Source: Chlorokybus atmophyticus | Taxonomy: Eukaryota; Plantae; Mesostigma and Chlorokybus algae | Reading direction: 5' to 3' | Length of the DNA: 64,000 bases | Assembly (NCBI GenBank): GCA_009103225.1 | Contig: RHPI01003079.1 | Location: forward strand, 201,163 to 265,162 | In this document: in pieces, positions 1 to 12,019 of the stretch | Layout: each line of letters starts with the position of its first letter | How positions within the stretch are numbered: the stretch's first letter is position 1 | Translations under genes and position numbers: made by a program | Notes under the pieces: model-generated | Told to the model about the DNA's origin: nothing | Seen by the model: the letters and a program-made list of their open reading frames with translations, nothing else | Database searches by the model: none

Positions 1-831
1 GTGATAGAGCGTGACAGAGCAGCACGCACAATCAAGATCAGCCAAGAGCAGATGGTGAAGCAACTTGTCACCAAGTTCGGACTCAACGAAGCAAAGACCA
101 AGTCTACTCCATTGGCACTCGGCACCAACCTCGTCAAAGCGAAAGATGAGGAAGTACTCGACAAGGCTCAGTATCCCTATGGTGAGCTTGTTGGGAGTAT
201 GCTCTACCTAGCAGTGTGCACAAGACCCGACATCGCACATGCAGTTGGAGTGCTTGCGCGCTACATGTCTGCACCAAGCATGGAGCACTGGCGTGCAGCG
301 AAGGGAGTATTGCGCTACGTGGCTGGAAGCGCAAGTGTTGGCATCAAGTTTGGTTGCGGAAGCACAGAGATGGAGGGCTATTGCGACGCAGACTTTGCAG
401 GTGACCTCGATAGCAGGAGGTCCACCACGGCGTACGTCTTCAAGTTGAATGGAGGCGTGGTGAGCTGGAACAGTAGGCTGCAACCCACAACAGCTGCATC
501 TACTTCGGAAGCGGAGTACATGGCAGCATCGGCTGCAGTGAAGGAGGGGTTATGGCTTCGCAAGCTGATGGCAGATCTGGAGCAACCGATGGCGTGCATC
601 ACGATCAACTGCGACAACCAAGGCGCCATTAAGTTGCTGAAGCACCCCATCGCCTCGACAAGGACAAAGCACATTAATGTCATGCATCACTTTGTGCGAG
701 ACAGAGTCACACGCAAGGAGGTTGAGTTCCAATATTGCAATACGGAAGACATGCTCGCGGACTTCATGACGAAGCCACTGTCACCGCTGAAGTTCAAGGC
801 ATGTTGCAAGGGACTCGGCATATGTGCTTAG
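1..831 (+). CDS. Ty1/copia pol, C-terminal part (reverse transcriptase end + RNase H)
   Basis: Open frame with copia motifs YGELVGSMLYLAVCTRPDIAHAVGVLARY, GYCDADFAGD, STSEAEYMA, CDNQGAI, RTKHINV, DMLADFMTKPL; stop at 829-831. Confidence 0.96.
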   Translation: MIERDRAARTIKISQEQMVKQLVTKFGLNEAKTKSTPLALGTNLVKAKDEEVLDKAQYPYGELVGSMLYLAVCTRPDIAHAVGVLARYMSAPSMEHWRAAKGVLRYVAGSASVGIKFGCGSTEMEGYCDADFAGDLDSRRSTTAYVFKLNGGVVSWNSRLQPTTAASTSEAEYMAASAAVKEGLWLRKLMADLEQPMACITINCDNQGAIKLLKHPIASTRTKHINVMHHFVRDRVTRKEVEFQYCNTEDMLADFMTKPLSPLKFKACCKGLGICA

Positions 832-876
832 GTGAAAGAAGACCAAGCGTTGGAGGCCAAGCTGCCCGCGTGGGAG

Positions 877-1531
877 TGTTGAAGATATTCCTACATCCGG
901 TCAGCCTGTCCTGCATACAAGAGAGAAGAGAAGGGACCTCGATGGGAGGACCTCGAAGACTCCGGACATGAAGGTCCTGGCGCGGACTGCAGAGAAGGGT
1001 CCTAGGAGAATCGTCATATCTCCTAGAATACTCAGTCATTTGGGACGTGGCATAGCTTGTTGGAAAGCTTGTCAAGTTAGCTACGTGGCACATCTTACAG
1101 CGTAGGATTCGGTTCAGTAGATCGGACGCTGTTGCGTTTAGACCTACATCCGGTCAGCCTGTCCTGCATACAAGAGAGAAGAGAAGGGACCTCGATGGGA
1201 GGACCTCGAAGACTCCGGACATGAAGGTCCTGGCGCGGACTGCAGAGAAGGGTCCTAGGAGAATCGTCATATCTCCTAGAATACTCAGTCATTTGGGACG
1301 TGGCATAGCTTGTTGGAAAGCTTGTCAAGTTAGCTACGTGGCACATCTTACAGCGTAGGATTCGGTTCAGTAGATCGGACGCTGTTGCGTTTAGACCAGC
1401 AATGTGTACAAACTGTGTACTAACTGGCGGGTATATAACCCCGCAGTTTGTTGGTAATAAATCGGGAAGTGTGTTGCCTTCTCCTGTGTGTTATTGCTTG
1501 CCCTCTTCACTTGCATGCTTGCTTCTCAACA
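877..1531 (+). repeat. 3' LTR of the copia element
   Basis: Follows purine-rich tract GCGTGGGAG (868-876); begins TGTTGAAG and ends TCTCAACA; TATA-like GGTATATAA near 1430. Gypsy coding sequence resumes right after it. Confidence 0.8.
890..1397 (+). repeat. Tandem duplication (2 x 253 bp) inside the copia LTR
   Basis: CCTACATCCGGTCAGCC...GCGTTTAGACC starts at 890 and again at 1143; no differences seen between copies. Confidence 0.95.
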
Positions 1532-1768
1532 GCATCACCAGCTGAGCTGATGCTGTACCCATACGTACTCGACACAGCAACCGGCAGCCGAAACAAGGTG
1601 ATTGGCATCACCAAGCAAGCCCTCTGCATTCGCTTGACAGGAGTGGACCCTTCCCACAGCACCGAGGTCATACAGAAGTGTGTGGTCACCGACGCAGGAT
1701 TCTTCGACCTGTTGCTGGGACAGGACTTCAACTTCCCTGTTAGCATGGGGCTGAACTGCTGGACATAG
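1532..1768 (+). pseudogene. Retropepsin-like aspartic protease, C-terminal remnant (Gypsy-A)
   Basis: VLDTATGSRNKVIGIT...VVTDAGFFDLLLGQDF resembles the flap and hydrophobic-G-x-D-F end of gypsy proteases, and parallels KTSAGTVETVRGIT in Gypsy-B. Confidence 0.6.
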
Positions 1769-2224
1769 AAGGCATGGTTTCGTCCTCATTGGGATGAAGA
1801 GGATGGAGAGGTTCAAGAGTATCTGCCTCTCAAGCTGGTGGCTCGCACTCGCTCTCGCCAAAGGTCAGCTACAACAGCCACCTACAGGTCGTTGTCGACA
1901 ACCACTACCAGGTCAGCTGCGACAGCCACCCACAGGTCGGGTTCGACAACCACTGACAGATCATCTGCGGTGGTCACCCACAAATCTGACCAAGACTCTC
2001 CTATCCCATACGACGAGTCTCAGGAAGATGCCATTGAAGACGTGGCCCACCGGAAACCAGCGGAACGCCGCTGGCGCGCACATGTGGTCGCACATTTACT
2101 ACTGACCAGACCACGGCTTACTTTACGGTTCCCTCTTTACAAGGACCAAGCTGCGGTCTAGGAGCAACACCTAGTGGCTACTGGAGTAGTGGATGTGTTT
2201 CACGTATTCCGCTTACAACAAGGC

Positions 2225-3250
2225 ATCACCGTGTTGAAACTATTTGGAGGAATAGGTAGTGGCCTCGCCGCTGTCCTCAACACCGGCGCGACGGTCACCA
2301 AGTACTTCTACTGTGACCCTGATCCATACACATAGTTTGCCCTGGGCCACCACCTGCGCCACCTGCACAAATGCTACCCGCAGCAACTGCCGCTATCGGC
2401 ACTGCAAGGCAATCTGAAGGCATTGCCACAGGACATCCGTATAATCACTGCGGATCACCTTCTGGCGGTGGGCAACATCGACCTGCTAATAGTAGGTTGG
2501 GAGTGTTAAGAACACTCTGGAGCAGGCAGAGGCCAAGGACTCGCTGATCCTCGCTCGCGACTATTCTGAGAACTGATGCGTGTCATCAAAATCCTGCAGA
2601 GCAACCAGCTATCCAGGCCTTTGGGATACATCATCGAGAATGTGCACTCCGAGGACGATAAGCGCCATCACGTGGCCAACAGCTTTCAATAGGTGTTTTT
2701 TTTTTGGGGACATCCTCTCAGCATCAACGCAGCACAGCATGGCTCTCGTGCTCATTGCGTCCGCGCCAAGTGGACCAACCTGGCTACAGGCGAGAATCTC
2801 TTTGATGCTGCATATCTGCACAGCAGTCGTCCACGCGATCTCACCATTGACGCTATTATGGACCCTAGGCGCACAGCACAACCAGTCACCCGACACATCA
2901 CCAGCACTTCTACCAGTGCAGCCAGTCTGGTTAACCACGTCGTGCGCACCCCACTCTGGTATCTTATCCAGGATCATACGCCTTCCGCAACCACGGCGAA
3001 GACACGGTGTTGGATTCCAACACAGGCCAACTGGAGAAACCCAACGCACGTGAGCGCGAACGCGCTATGGGATTCTCTCCAAGCACTATCACAGGATTCA
3101 CGCTGACCGACAGTCAGCAATGTCAGCTGTTGGGACGCGCCATGAACCAGAACAAAATGGTATGCTTATTGAAAATATGCTTTGCTTCTCAAGGACCGCC
3201 ATGTGTCCTTCCATGAGCTTGAATACCTGGCGGGGGGGTGGGCTGATCGC
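2225..3250 (+). pseudogene. C5-cytosine methyltransferase domain within gypsy pol (Gypsy-A)
   Basis: Manual translation: motif I VLKLFGGIG (2231), motif IV DLLIVGWEC*EHS (~2480-2520), motif VI YIIENV (~2625-2643), GSRAHCVRAKWTN, and C-terminal ERERAMGF...QLLGRAMNQN. Several stops and a frameshift. Confidence 0.85.
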
Positions 3251-3329
3251 GTGCAAGATACCAAAGCGGCATACACCGCCCTCGAAATCGCCCATATGGA
3301 GGAGCAGGCAGCAGTCACTATGGAGGACA

Positions 3330-4790
3330 TCCTAGTAGTCGCCAACGCAACCTCTTGGTCCCATGCCATTGGACCACTGACTACAGGCCAGACGCGAGAA
3401 CAACTTGAGGCTCTCCTCAACAAGTGGAGGAGTCAGTTTAGCTTCAGCGTGAAGAAACTGGGCGTTTGCTCAGTTTACCAGATGGACATCGAGTTGGTGG
3501 ACACCGAACCGGTGTTGCGACGACAGTACCGCCTCTCCAAGTTGGAAAAAGACTTGGTGGAGCAGAGGTGCAAGGCTCTGCTAGATGCAGGCCTGATTGA
3601 GGAGTCCACATCGGACTTTGCGGCCGCGACCGTCATGGCCCTGAAGAAGGGATCAGCAGGCAACTGGACAGACCGGCGTATGTGCGGCGACTATCGCCCC
3701 CGCAACAACAAAACCCAATAAGACATGTATCCAATGCCTACTGCAGAGGGTATCTTTTATGATGTAAGAGAATGTACCGTCTTCAGCATCCTGGACATGC
3801 GACAAGGGTACAACCAGATCGTCATTAAGGAGGAGGACAAGCACAAGACAAGATTTTTTTGGCGCAACCGACAACTGTACTAGTGGAAGGTCATGCCCTT
3901 CGGTCTGAAGAATGCTCCTGTCAAGTTTCAGCGCGTCATGGACAAAGCCTTGAAGGGGCTGAACTTCGCGCAATGCTACATTGACAATATTCTCAAGTTC
4001 AGCCGCAGCAACGAAGAGCACCTACAGCACATCGAGGATGAACTGGAGAGACTCCAGGGGGTGGGGAGGACGGTGCACCCCGACAAGTGCACCTTTTTCA
4101 CTCGCAAGGTACCGTGCCTGGGGCACATGATTGTTCCCCACGGTGTGTACGTACAGCAGGCAAAGGTGAAGGCCTTGGCGGCTATCCCTGCTCCAACAAA
4201 CCTTACACGCCTTCGCGCCTTTCTGGGCCTTGCCAACTACTATTGCCGGTTTGTGAAGGACTTCGTAAAGATCGCGCGACCCCTCAACGAGCTTCTTAAG
4301 AAGGAAGTGGAGTTTGCGTGGAAGGAGCCACAACAGCAGGCGTTTGAGGAGCTAAAGGGCAGGCTCACCACCGCTCCCATCCTGCAACGCCCTGACTACA
4401 CCAAGCCCTTCATCCTCCACACCGACTGGAGCAAGCTTGGGATGGGGCTTGTGCTGGTGCAGCACGATTAGAACAAGAAGGAGCGGGTGTTGTTGTACGC
4501 CAGCCGAAGCAACAACAGCGCTGAGGCCAACTATAGCAGCTACGAGGGAGAGTGCCTCGCTGCAGTGTGGGCTATCTCCTTTTTCAGACCTTTCCTCTTT
4601 GGTCGCCAATTTCAGCTAATTATCGATCATCAGCCACTCAAGTGGTTGATGACCAACCAACATCTGATAGGGAAACTTGCTCGCTGGGCCTTGTTGTTGC
4701 AGGAGTATGACTTCGAGATCGACCACCGCGCCGGCCTCACCAACCAGGACGCTGATGGCCTCAGTCGCAACCCTCACCGCAGTACCAACG
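3330..4790 (+). pseudogene. Gypsy reverse transcriptase + RNase H (Gypsy-A)
   Basis: RMCGDYRP, FSILDMRQGYNQI, MPFGLKNAP, YIDNIL (YxDD degenerate), LRAFLGLANYY, FILHTDWS, YSSYEGECLAAVWAI, DHQPLKWL, ADGLSR; in-frame stops. Confidence 0.95.
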
Positions 4791-4966
4791 ATGCAACCAG
4801 AACTCGGCCCGAGCTCGGCCCTGCAACAGCAGCTCCCACCGTGGCGGCCTTGGTTGCTGTTGCCGCGTTATGATCAGGGTGCTAGATCAACACCACCCCC
4901 ACTACAACGGCAGAGGAGATATCTGCCCTTGAGTCTACCGGCCCCACAATGACCACACCCCCAGGG

Positions 4967-5470
4967 TGTTGAGGATATTCCTACATTCAGGTCAATAGGT
5001 CAGTCGGTCAGCTTTCCCTCTACATAGGAATAGCCGCCAGAAGACGAAGACTCGAGAAGGTCCAGGCGCGGACATGAGTTGAGAGAAGGTTCCCGGCGCG
5101 ACGCGGACATGAATCTGGAAGACTCAAGCGTGGTTAGAAGAATGATGACAGCTCGGTGGTTACTTGGCCATATGGCACGTATGGCGGCATGTTGGAAAGC
5201 TCTTGAAGTTAGCTACGTGGAGCAACTTAGAGCGCAGGTTAAGGTTGAGTGTGCTAGACGCAGTAGCTTTTAGAGTAGAAGCATGTGTAGCTGGCGGGTA
5301 TAAAAGCCCGGACTTGTACACTCTGAAACACTCTTGTTGGTGTAGAGTCGCTAGTCGCGATGTAGCATGTGCATATGCTAAGGTCCTGTAGTGCATGGTT
5401 TCCTCATGTTGGTGTTGCTGTTGGCGTGCGCACATGTGTATGTGTAGGCTTCTCATCGTCCATCTCAACA
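4967..5470 (+). mobile_element. Solo LTR (copia-type) inserted in Gypsy-A
   Basis: TGTTGAGGATATTCCTACA...CATCTCAACA, flanked by CAGGG/TAGGG (5-bp TSD with one C/T difference); start resembles the LTR at 877. Confidence 0.85.
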
Positions 5471-5589
5471 TAGGGGACGTCCACGCGGTCGACATTGAAT
5501 CGACGACACCGAGCTGGCACCCACCAACACCAGGCACGACATATGGCTGGACCAGCCATCACTCTCCTTCCTTTAAAGTGGCCAGCTTC

Positions 5590-6075
5590 CATTCAACATG
5601 AGTGCACGAGAAAAAGATCGTGTCAGTCAGCGCACCCGCCGCTATCGGTGGGCGGATGACAAGGTGTATCGCCGCGTCCATGGCGAGGACAAGGAGGTGC
5701 CAACACCAGCCATACGCGAGGGCATCATCGCTGCCCTCCACACTGAGCTTGGACACTTCGGTGTCAAGCGTACCGTCAGCCTCGTAAGGGCGCAATAATG
5801 GTGATATGGGCTGTCCAAACAGGTGCAGGGGTTTGTCAGTCGCTGTCAACAATGTGACATGGTACGCGCCAGCCTCAACACACGCAGCGCCACCTTGCAC
5901 CCTCTCCCCATCTCCAATCTATTCCATTGCTGAGGACTCGACATCTTGGGAGACTTCGCACCCTTGGCACGTGGCAACCGTTGCATCCTGGTCATGCTCG
6001 AGCACTTCTTCAAATGGGTGGAGCTGGTGCCACTACCCGACAAGAGCAGCAGGGGGGTGTCTCAAGCCTTACTCT
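5590..6075 (+). pseudogene. Integrase N-terminal half (HHCC zinc finger + start of core), Gypsy-A
   Basis: HTELGHFGVKRT...CQQC, then GNRCILVMLEHFFKWVELVPL; broken at 6075 and continues in frame at 11046 (reconstructed VSQALLSHVLNRFG). Confidence 0.9.
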
Positions 6076-6159
6076 TGTCGTGCCTTCACTCCGCGTTGCT
6101 TAAACTCGTTGTACAACCTTCTTGCCATGCATGTCAGCATGCTGTTGTACACCTCATCA

Positions 6160-6687
6160 TCACACAATTGAGAACACCTTTGCATCGCCAATGTCATCGA
6201 AGATTGCCTCCGGGATAGGCATGGGGTAGCGATCAGCCTTGGTCTTCTCATTCAATGGCCGATAGTCACCACACATCCTCCTTGAGGTCCAGTTTCCCTG
6301 CGCATCCTTCTTCAATGGCAGCACTGTCGCAGCTGCGAAGTCTGCAATCGACTTCTCAATGAGTCCGGCCTCCAACAAGTCAGCACACTTGTCCAACACG
6401 AACTCCGTCTCCACCTTACTCAGCCGATATTGCCGATGAAAGATGGGCTCAGGAGAGGTCAACTCAATGTCCATCGTGTAGAAGTTGCAGACTCCCAACT
6501 CCTTGATAGAGTAGGCGAAGCAATTGCGCTTGCGCGCCAATAATGCTTCGAGCCGCTCACGGTGCTCTGGTGTCACACACTCGCCCATACACCACTCCAT
6601 GGTCTGGTCGGTAGCCTTCTCAAGCTTCAAGGCACCATCTATAGCCGCTTTCTTGCCACTTGCAGCTGTCACAGGCGAACAAGACAC
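6160..6687 (-). pseudogene. Gypsy reverse transcriptase, N-terminal part (Gypsy-B)
   Basis: FAAATVLPLKKD, RRMCGDYRPLNEKT, DRYPMPIPEAIFD, KVFSI, then truncated. Confidence 0.92.
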
Positions 6688-6747
6688 CCCTTTACTCTCA
6701 CCATCATGTACACCATGCTCCCACCCTCTCGACAGAGGCGCAGGAGC

Positions 6748-7800
6748 CTAACGTGCTTGCTGTCGCACCGGCATGAAGGCTGATGCCAACTCTTGTACCG
6801 CCAAGCAGACAACCATCAGCCACACCATGCTGTTCTGGTCCATGGCTTGCCCTAGCAGCACTCGGCGTCGTTGTTCACTCAGTCCTGGCGCCGCCGTCGC
6901 ATCGGACAAGAACCCCATCGCTCGCTCGCGCTCTTCAGCTGTTGGCTCTTCCAACCTGCTGTGTCGTGAGTCTCACACCAGCCCTGGCCCACCGTTACGG
7001 AATGCATAAGAGCCTGGGTAGGTCACCTGCGTCGGCAACGCTGCCATGTCATGCTCGACCTGGTTCACCACCTCTTGAGGCGGCCGATCAGCCTTGCTGA
7101 CCTGTTGTGCTGTGCGCCCATGCTCCAGCACCTGGTTGACTGTCAAACCTTGCGGTCTTTTATACTCTTGCTGCACCGTGCGAAGTAACTCGATAGGCGC
7201 GAGGTTTGTCCACTTCACACGCAGCCGATGCGCGCGCGAACCATGCCGTGCCGCATCCATGACCAGCTCATGGCCTAGAACATGTCTCACCAGCTGATAG
7301 TCCTCTTTCACGCGCTTGCGCTTATCGTCTTCAGCCGGCACATTCTCCAAAATGTACGCCATGGGCTGCTCTTGTCTTTGCTGAATCATGTTGATAACAC
7401 GCACCAACTCCCAAAACAATGATGAGCGCGCATCCATCAATCCCTTCCGATGACCAGCCCGTGAATGCCCTTGGCATTCCCACCCCGCTACCAGCAAATC
7501 AACCTTGCCGATTGCCGCGAGATGATGTGGCCCCACCAAGCAAATGTCTTGAAGCCATGCACTTTGGAAGCCCTTCACCGCACTCTCACATAGCAGGTCC
7601 GGGTACTTCGTCAACAACACCCTCACATGATGTTGAGCACCTTGCTGTGCCGTTGGCAAAGGGTCCACATAGACGTAACGCCGCACCTTAATGCCGGCGT
7701 TCAACGCAGCCGCAAGCCTACTTGCAATGCCACCGAACAGCTCTACCATCACAACACCGTCCTCGAGGACCTTCCACTCAACGGTGTTGTAGTGATAGGC
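6748..7800 (-). pseudogene. C5-cytosine methyltransferase domain within gypsy pol (Gypsy-B)
   Basis: MVELFGGIAS (I), DLLVAGWECQGHSRAG (IV), AYILENV (VI), GSRAHRLRVKWTN (VIII), ERERAMGF...LLGQAMDQN (IX/X); a frameshift near 6960. Confidence 0.9.
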
Positions 7801-7881
7801 GGATGTACAGCTCGCACACCCTCGGGCAGCAACGGAGGCGCCAATGCCATCACATCTCGTGTCCACGCATGGCCAACCTTC

Positions 7882-8535
7882 TCATAAGCTCGTTGATGCC
7901 GCTGAGCACGGTGTTGTGCATCGAACCTTGAATGCTGTGGTAGCACCTCCCATTGCAGTCACACGGATCTCCACCGGCTGCACGGTGATGCCTCGCACCG
8001 TCTCGACGGTCCCCGCCGAGGTCTTGATCATGAACGAGCAACATGTCTCCCAATCCTTGGAGGTAAGTAGGCCTAGGCCTGCCACAGCTCTGGAACCTAA
8101 GATGACAGGTTGTGCGCCTGTATCTACCAAGACAACATCTGGTACAAAGCCGTCCAGGCTGACGTGACCACTCCGGTTGTCTACCATAGCCACATCGGGC
8201 GAAATTCTCTCTCTCAAGGCCGGCCGAGTGGCGGGAAGCTGTGCCAACATCGCTCCTATACTCCCCATACCTTCCTCCAGCTTGTCTCCAAGCTGAATGA
8301 GAGAACTCGACTCCGACGCGGGCCCTCCCGACGCCGCCAGCATTGCCCGCGCAGCCATACGGCCTACTTGCGCCATCATATCTCCTTGAGACTTGCTTAT
8401 CTGGTCATGAGACTTTGTGGAGGCACTCTTCATGGTGTCTAGAGCACTTTGCAACAGCCCTACCACCTGCTCCTTGGTGACTCCAAGGTCCTCCAAGCGA
8501 AGAAGAGGCAAACCCGACCAGCACCGCCGCGACAC
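7882..8535 (-). pseudogene. Aspartic protease region (Gypsy-B)
   Basis: VVLVDTGAQPVILG active-site motif (D-T-G). Confidence 0.8.
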
Positions 8536-9139
8536 CCTCCAACGGCGCCGTCAACTCCGAGTTTCCCTCATGGACTTGGGTTGGGGGCTGTTGGTAAAGC
8601 ATCTTTGACTCCTCTAGAAACTTTACACAAACTTGGAGCAGCTCCTCCACTCTCTTGTGCTCACCACCGCTACCGACGCCGACCTCACGTCGCGCCGTTG
8701 CCGTAGCAGTCGGCTGCACCTTCGCACCTTCCGGACGCGAACTCTTTTGCTCCAACGGGGTTGTTGGCAGCAACTCAAATGACTTTGGCATGCGGGCAGG
8801 TGGTGCACGCATCCTATCATGATCCACACCCTCCTCGCGGACGAGTGCGGCCTCCTCCTCGACCATCCTAGTCGGGGGAGCTGGTGCAGCCCCGCCGCGC
8901 GCCGACGCTCTCGTTGTAGCCGCCGCTGACACCTCCGTGCCTCCGTGGAGCGCACCAAATGCAAGGTAGCTTCCGGAGCTGCTAGGCACATCCCTCCCTC
9001 CGCTCTCGGGCCACTTCCCTCGCTCGAGCATGCTCTTCAACTATGCATACGCAGATTGCATAGCCGCTAGGGCTCTTGTCACCTCTAACATTAAAGGCTC
9101 TTCCTTCACACCCGAGTGAGCACCGGCTGCACCTCCTCG

Positions 9140-10214
9140 TGCTTGTGGACGCAGCTCTGGGTGCTTACTCCAACACTTGGCCTCGACGTGCCCTCCCTTC
9201 TTGCAATGAGAACACACGTCCTTCTTGCCACCCTTCCCACAATTCTTTGCGATGTGACCTTGCTCGCCGCACGACTAGCATTTGGCACCCGACACACCTT
9301 CTACACTCGCGTTGTTGGCGTGCTTGAGCTGCCCGGACTTGCCACCAGCTGCCTTGCTCGCTGCCACGGGCTTGGAAGAGCTCTTCTCCTCCGACGCTTC
9401 AAGCAACTTCAACCCACGACGCTGCCGGTCGATGTTCTTGAGGTACTCATGCTGAATCTCGGCCGTCGGCCACCTTGAACACATCCGCAAGCGTGTACGT
9501 ACCAAACTCTGACTGAGTGGTCAACATGGTCTCCACCTTCAGCCTCAAGTCCCCCTCAAGTTGTTGAAGGTACACCACCGCCGCGGTCAGATCCGTCATC
9601 ACCTTGTAGTCCGTGTCCGTCAAGAGCTTGAGCATACGCGTGTACATCATCCTCGCCGTCTCACCGGTGTGGTACTTGAAGTAGCTCAGCTCGCGAACCT
9701 TGGCAGGGGTTGATTGTGGGTAAGTCTTCCTCAGAAGCGCCTTGAACTCAGTCACGGGCTGCTCCTTCTTCCACTCTGCCTCAAACTCAGCCGGTGCACC
9801 CACGCGCAACGCCCTCTCTCGCATCTTCAGCTGCTCCTTGAACTCTCTCCACGTGCTCAAGGCTTCATCCTTAAAATATAGAGGCAGCATCTTGAAGGCC
9901 TTGTGCTCCTCCCACCCCGACTTGTCGCGGTACTCCCATTTGACCATCTCGCAGTCGAAGCGGTTGATGAAGTCGCGTAGGTCCACCGTGCCGGGCCTCC
10001 CACTGAACTTCGGTGTGCTATCCATGGCTGAAGCTGAGTCAAACATCACCCCACCCTCGTCTTCGAAGTCGGACTCCTCGTCACTCGAAGACTCCACCTC
10101 TTTAGCGACGCCCTCCACCACCAGAGTGATCGCCCTTCTCGGCGCTCTTCTCTTCGAAGCCGCCTTCGTGGGTCTCTCGTGCCAGTCCTCACCAGACCGT
10201 AGGGGCATGAACAC
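9140..10214 (-). pseudogene. Gag with two CCHC zinc knuckles (Gypsy-B)
   Basis: PKFSGRPGTVDLRDFINRF and LPLYFKDEALSTW capsid-like motifs; downstream C*SCGEQGHIAKNC and CSHCKKGGHVEAKC at ~9150-9290. Confidence 0.85.
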
Positions 10215-11045
10215 GCCTGCTCCTCACTTCAATTCGAGCAAACTCAGCTGATGGGCTGAATGCAAGTGAAAGATGCGTGTCTCCTTGCAAAAGGAAGGCA
10301 AGCTGACCCCAACTTGACTTGCAATCAGCCGTTTGCTTATGAAACTCAGTTCTCACCCATGCTCATACGGTGCATCAAGGTCGCAACAATGATACACACT
10401 CCTTCATGCAAGGCAACCAAGCAAGGCACACGCGCGCACACACGCAAGCACGCACACACGCGTACACTCAGCCAAGAACCTCTTCCCGAAGGCTTTGCTT
10501 GCACTCCAGTGAGCCAACTTGCATTCAACCAACTGTAACACAAGCTAGCTAAGGCTTATATACCACCGTTGAGTCCATGCCCAACCAACTCCTAAGCAAC
10601 TCTTCAACTTGTAATGACTTACAGGCTGCACCAGCTGCATAACAGTCATTATGAGGCCGATAAGTGGTCGTAAATGGATAGCAATAGCTCCCCAAAGCTT
10701 ATCCTCTTCAAGTACACACCAAGACGCATCTTTTAAGTCCATCCCCACGCCAAACCACCACTCCAACTGTCAGCTACATCTGTTACAAGTGATGACTCCA
10801 AAACAGCTGCGCGGGATACCATACTAACTCCATTACGCCAAGAACTTTGTATCTGGCTATGTATCTGGCTATGTATACACCTCGAATATGCCTCCCACTC
10901 GTAAATGACGACCCAAACTCGAGTCCCAAGTGAAAACCTAACATTAAGCCTCTATACTAGCTCAGGGCTCCAAAGTCATAGGGCCCATGTATGCTGCTAG
11001 CCCCGACGGCACCATGCACATGACATTATATGCTCGCGCATGACA

Positions 11046-11974
11046 CTCTCCCATGTCCTCAACCGGTTCGGCAGCTGCGCTGAGGTCATCACCGACCAGG
11101 GCACTGAGTTCAGAGGGGAGTTCGACACCCTGCTGGACAGATTCTACATCGATCATCGCCGCACTTCGCGTGACCACCCTCAAGCCGACGGTCTCGCCGA
11201 GCGGACAATACAGACCATCGAGAAGGCCCTCCGCAAGTACGTGCTGGAGTATGATAAGAACACCTGAGACGGCCACCTTCCGTGGGTGGCTCTTGGATAC
11301 CGATTGTCAAGCAGGCGGCTCTGCGCGAGTACAGCCCGTACTACCTGCTGTTCGGGCGTCTGCCATTGCTTCCCCTCCGTGCACAGCAGGAATTAGACCG
11401 CGTGGTGAACAACCTCGACAATCCTAACTAGATGCACCACGACATTACCACACGCGCCACGCTGTTCGAGCACACCGTCCTAATGGCCTTCAACAACCTG
11501 CGCATCGCACAGCACCGCGACACCCTGCGCTACAAGCGCATGCGGAGCGGTTTCTACAAGGAGCGCCAATGGCGGTTTCAAGCAGGGGACTTTGCCTAAC
11601 GCATGGCAGCCACCAAAGACACGCTCGACACCTCCGTGGGCCGCACTGTCTACAAGGTACTCAAGATGTACCCCATAGGAGTGCTGGACCTCCTCGGTCA
11701 GAACGGCGAGAGGTTGAAAGGCAACATGGTGAACTGCGCGCCATGTCACCTTCCTTACATAGCAAGCTTCGCGCGCATCCAGCACCCTCGCCCCGCCCGC
11801 AGCACACGCTGTAAATGCTGCGGCAGCGCCGTCGACGACACACTGATGATGCTCTGCGATGGCTGTAACAAAAGCCTGCATTGCTACTGTCTAGAGCCCC
11901 CATTGGACGCAATACCCATGGAGGAGTTTTGGTGCGACGATTGCCGCACCAACGGTCCTCCTCACCTGCGTTAA
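11046..11974 (+). pseudogene. Integrase core/C-terminus with PHD finger (Gypsy-A)
   Basis: VITDQGTEF, HPQADGLAERTIQT; C-terminal C4HC3 pattern CKCCG...MMLCDGCNKSLHCYCLEPPLDAIPMEEFWCDDC. Confidence 0.9.
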
Positions 11975-12019
11975 CAACTGAGCTCTGGAGCTGGAACCTC
12001 CTCAGAAGCTCAGGGGGGG

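Larger units (their letters stand above)
6076..11045 (-). mobile_element. Second DNMT-bearing Ty3/gypsy element (Gypsy-B), inverted and 3'-deleted, inserted into Gypsy-A integrase
   Basis: Ends TGTC...GACA with a CTCT duplication (6072-6075 and 11046-11049). Minus-strand order: LTR-like region (TATA near 10560), gag, protease, DNMT, start of RT. RNase H and integrase are absent. Confidence 0.8.

Noticed and set aside
890-1397. CRISPR-like array (also considered for the 63 kb palindromes)
   Set aside because: No short repeat/unique spacer periodicity and no cas genes; eukaryotic LTR or intronic context.
6076-6160. Intact 3' LTR of Gypsy-B
   Set aside because: No match found to the 5' LTR-like region at 10250-11045; only the TGTC end and CTCT duplication support the boundary.
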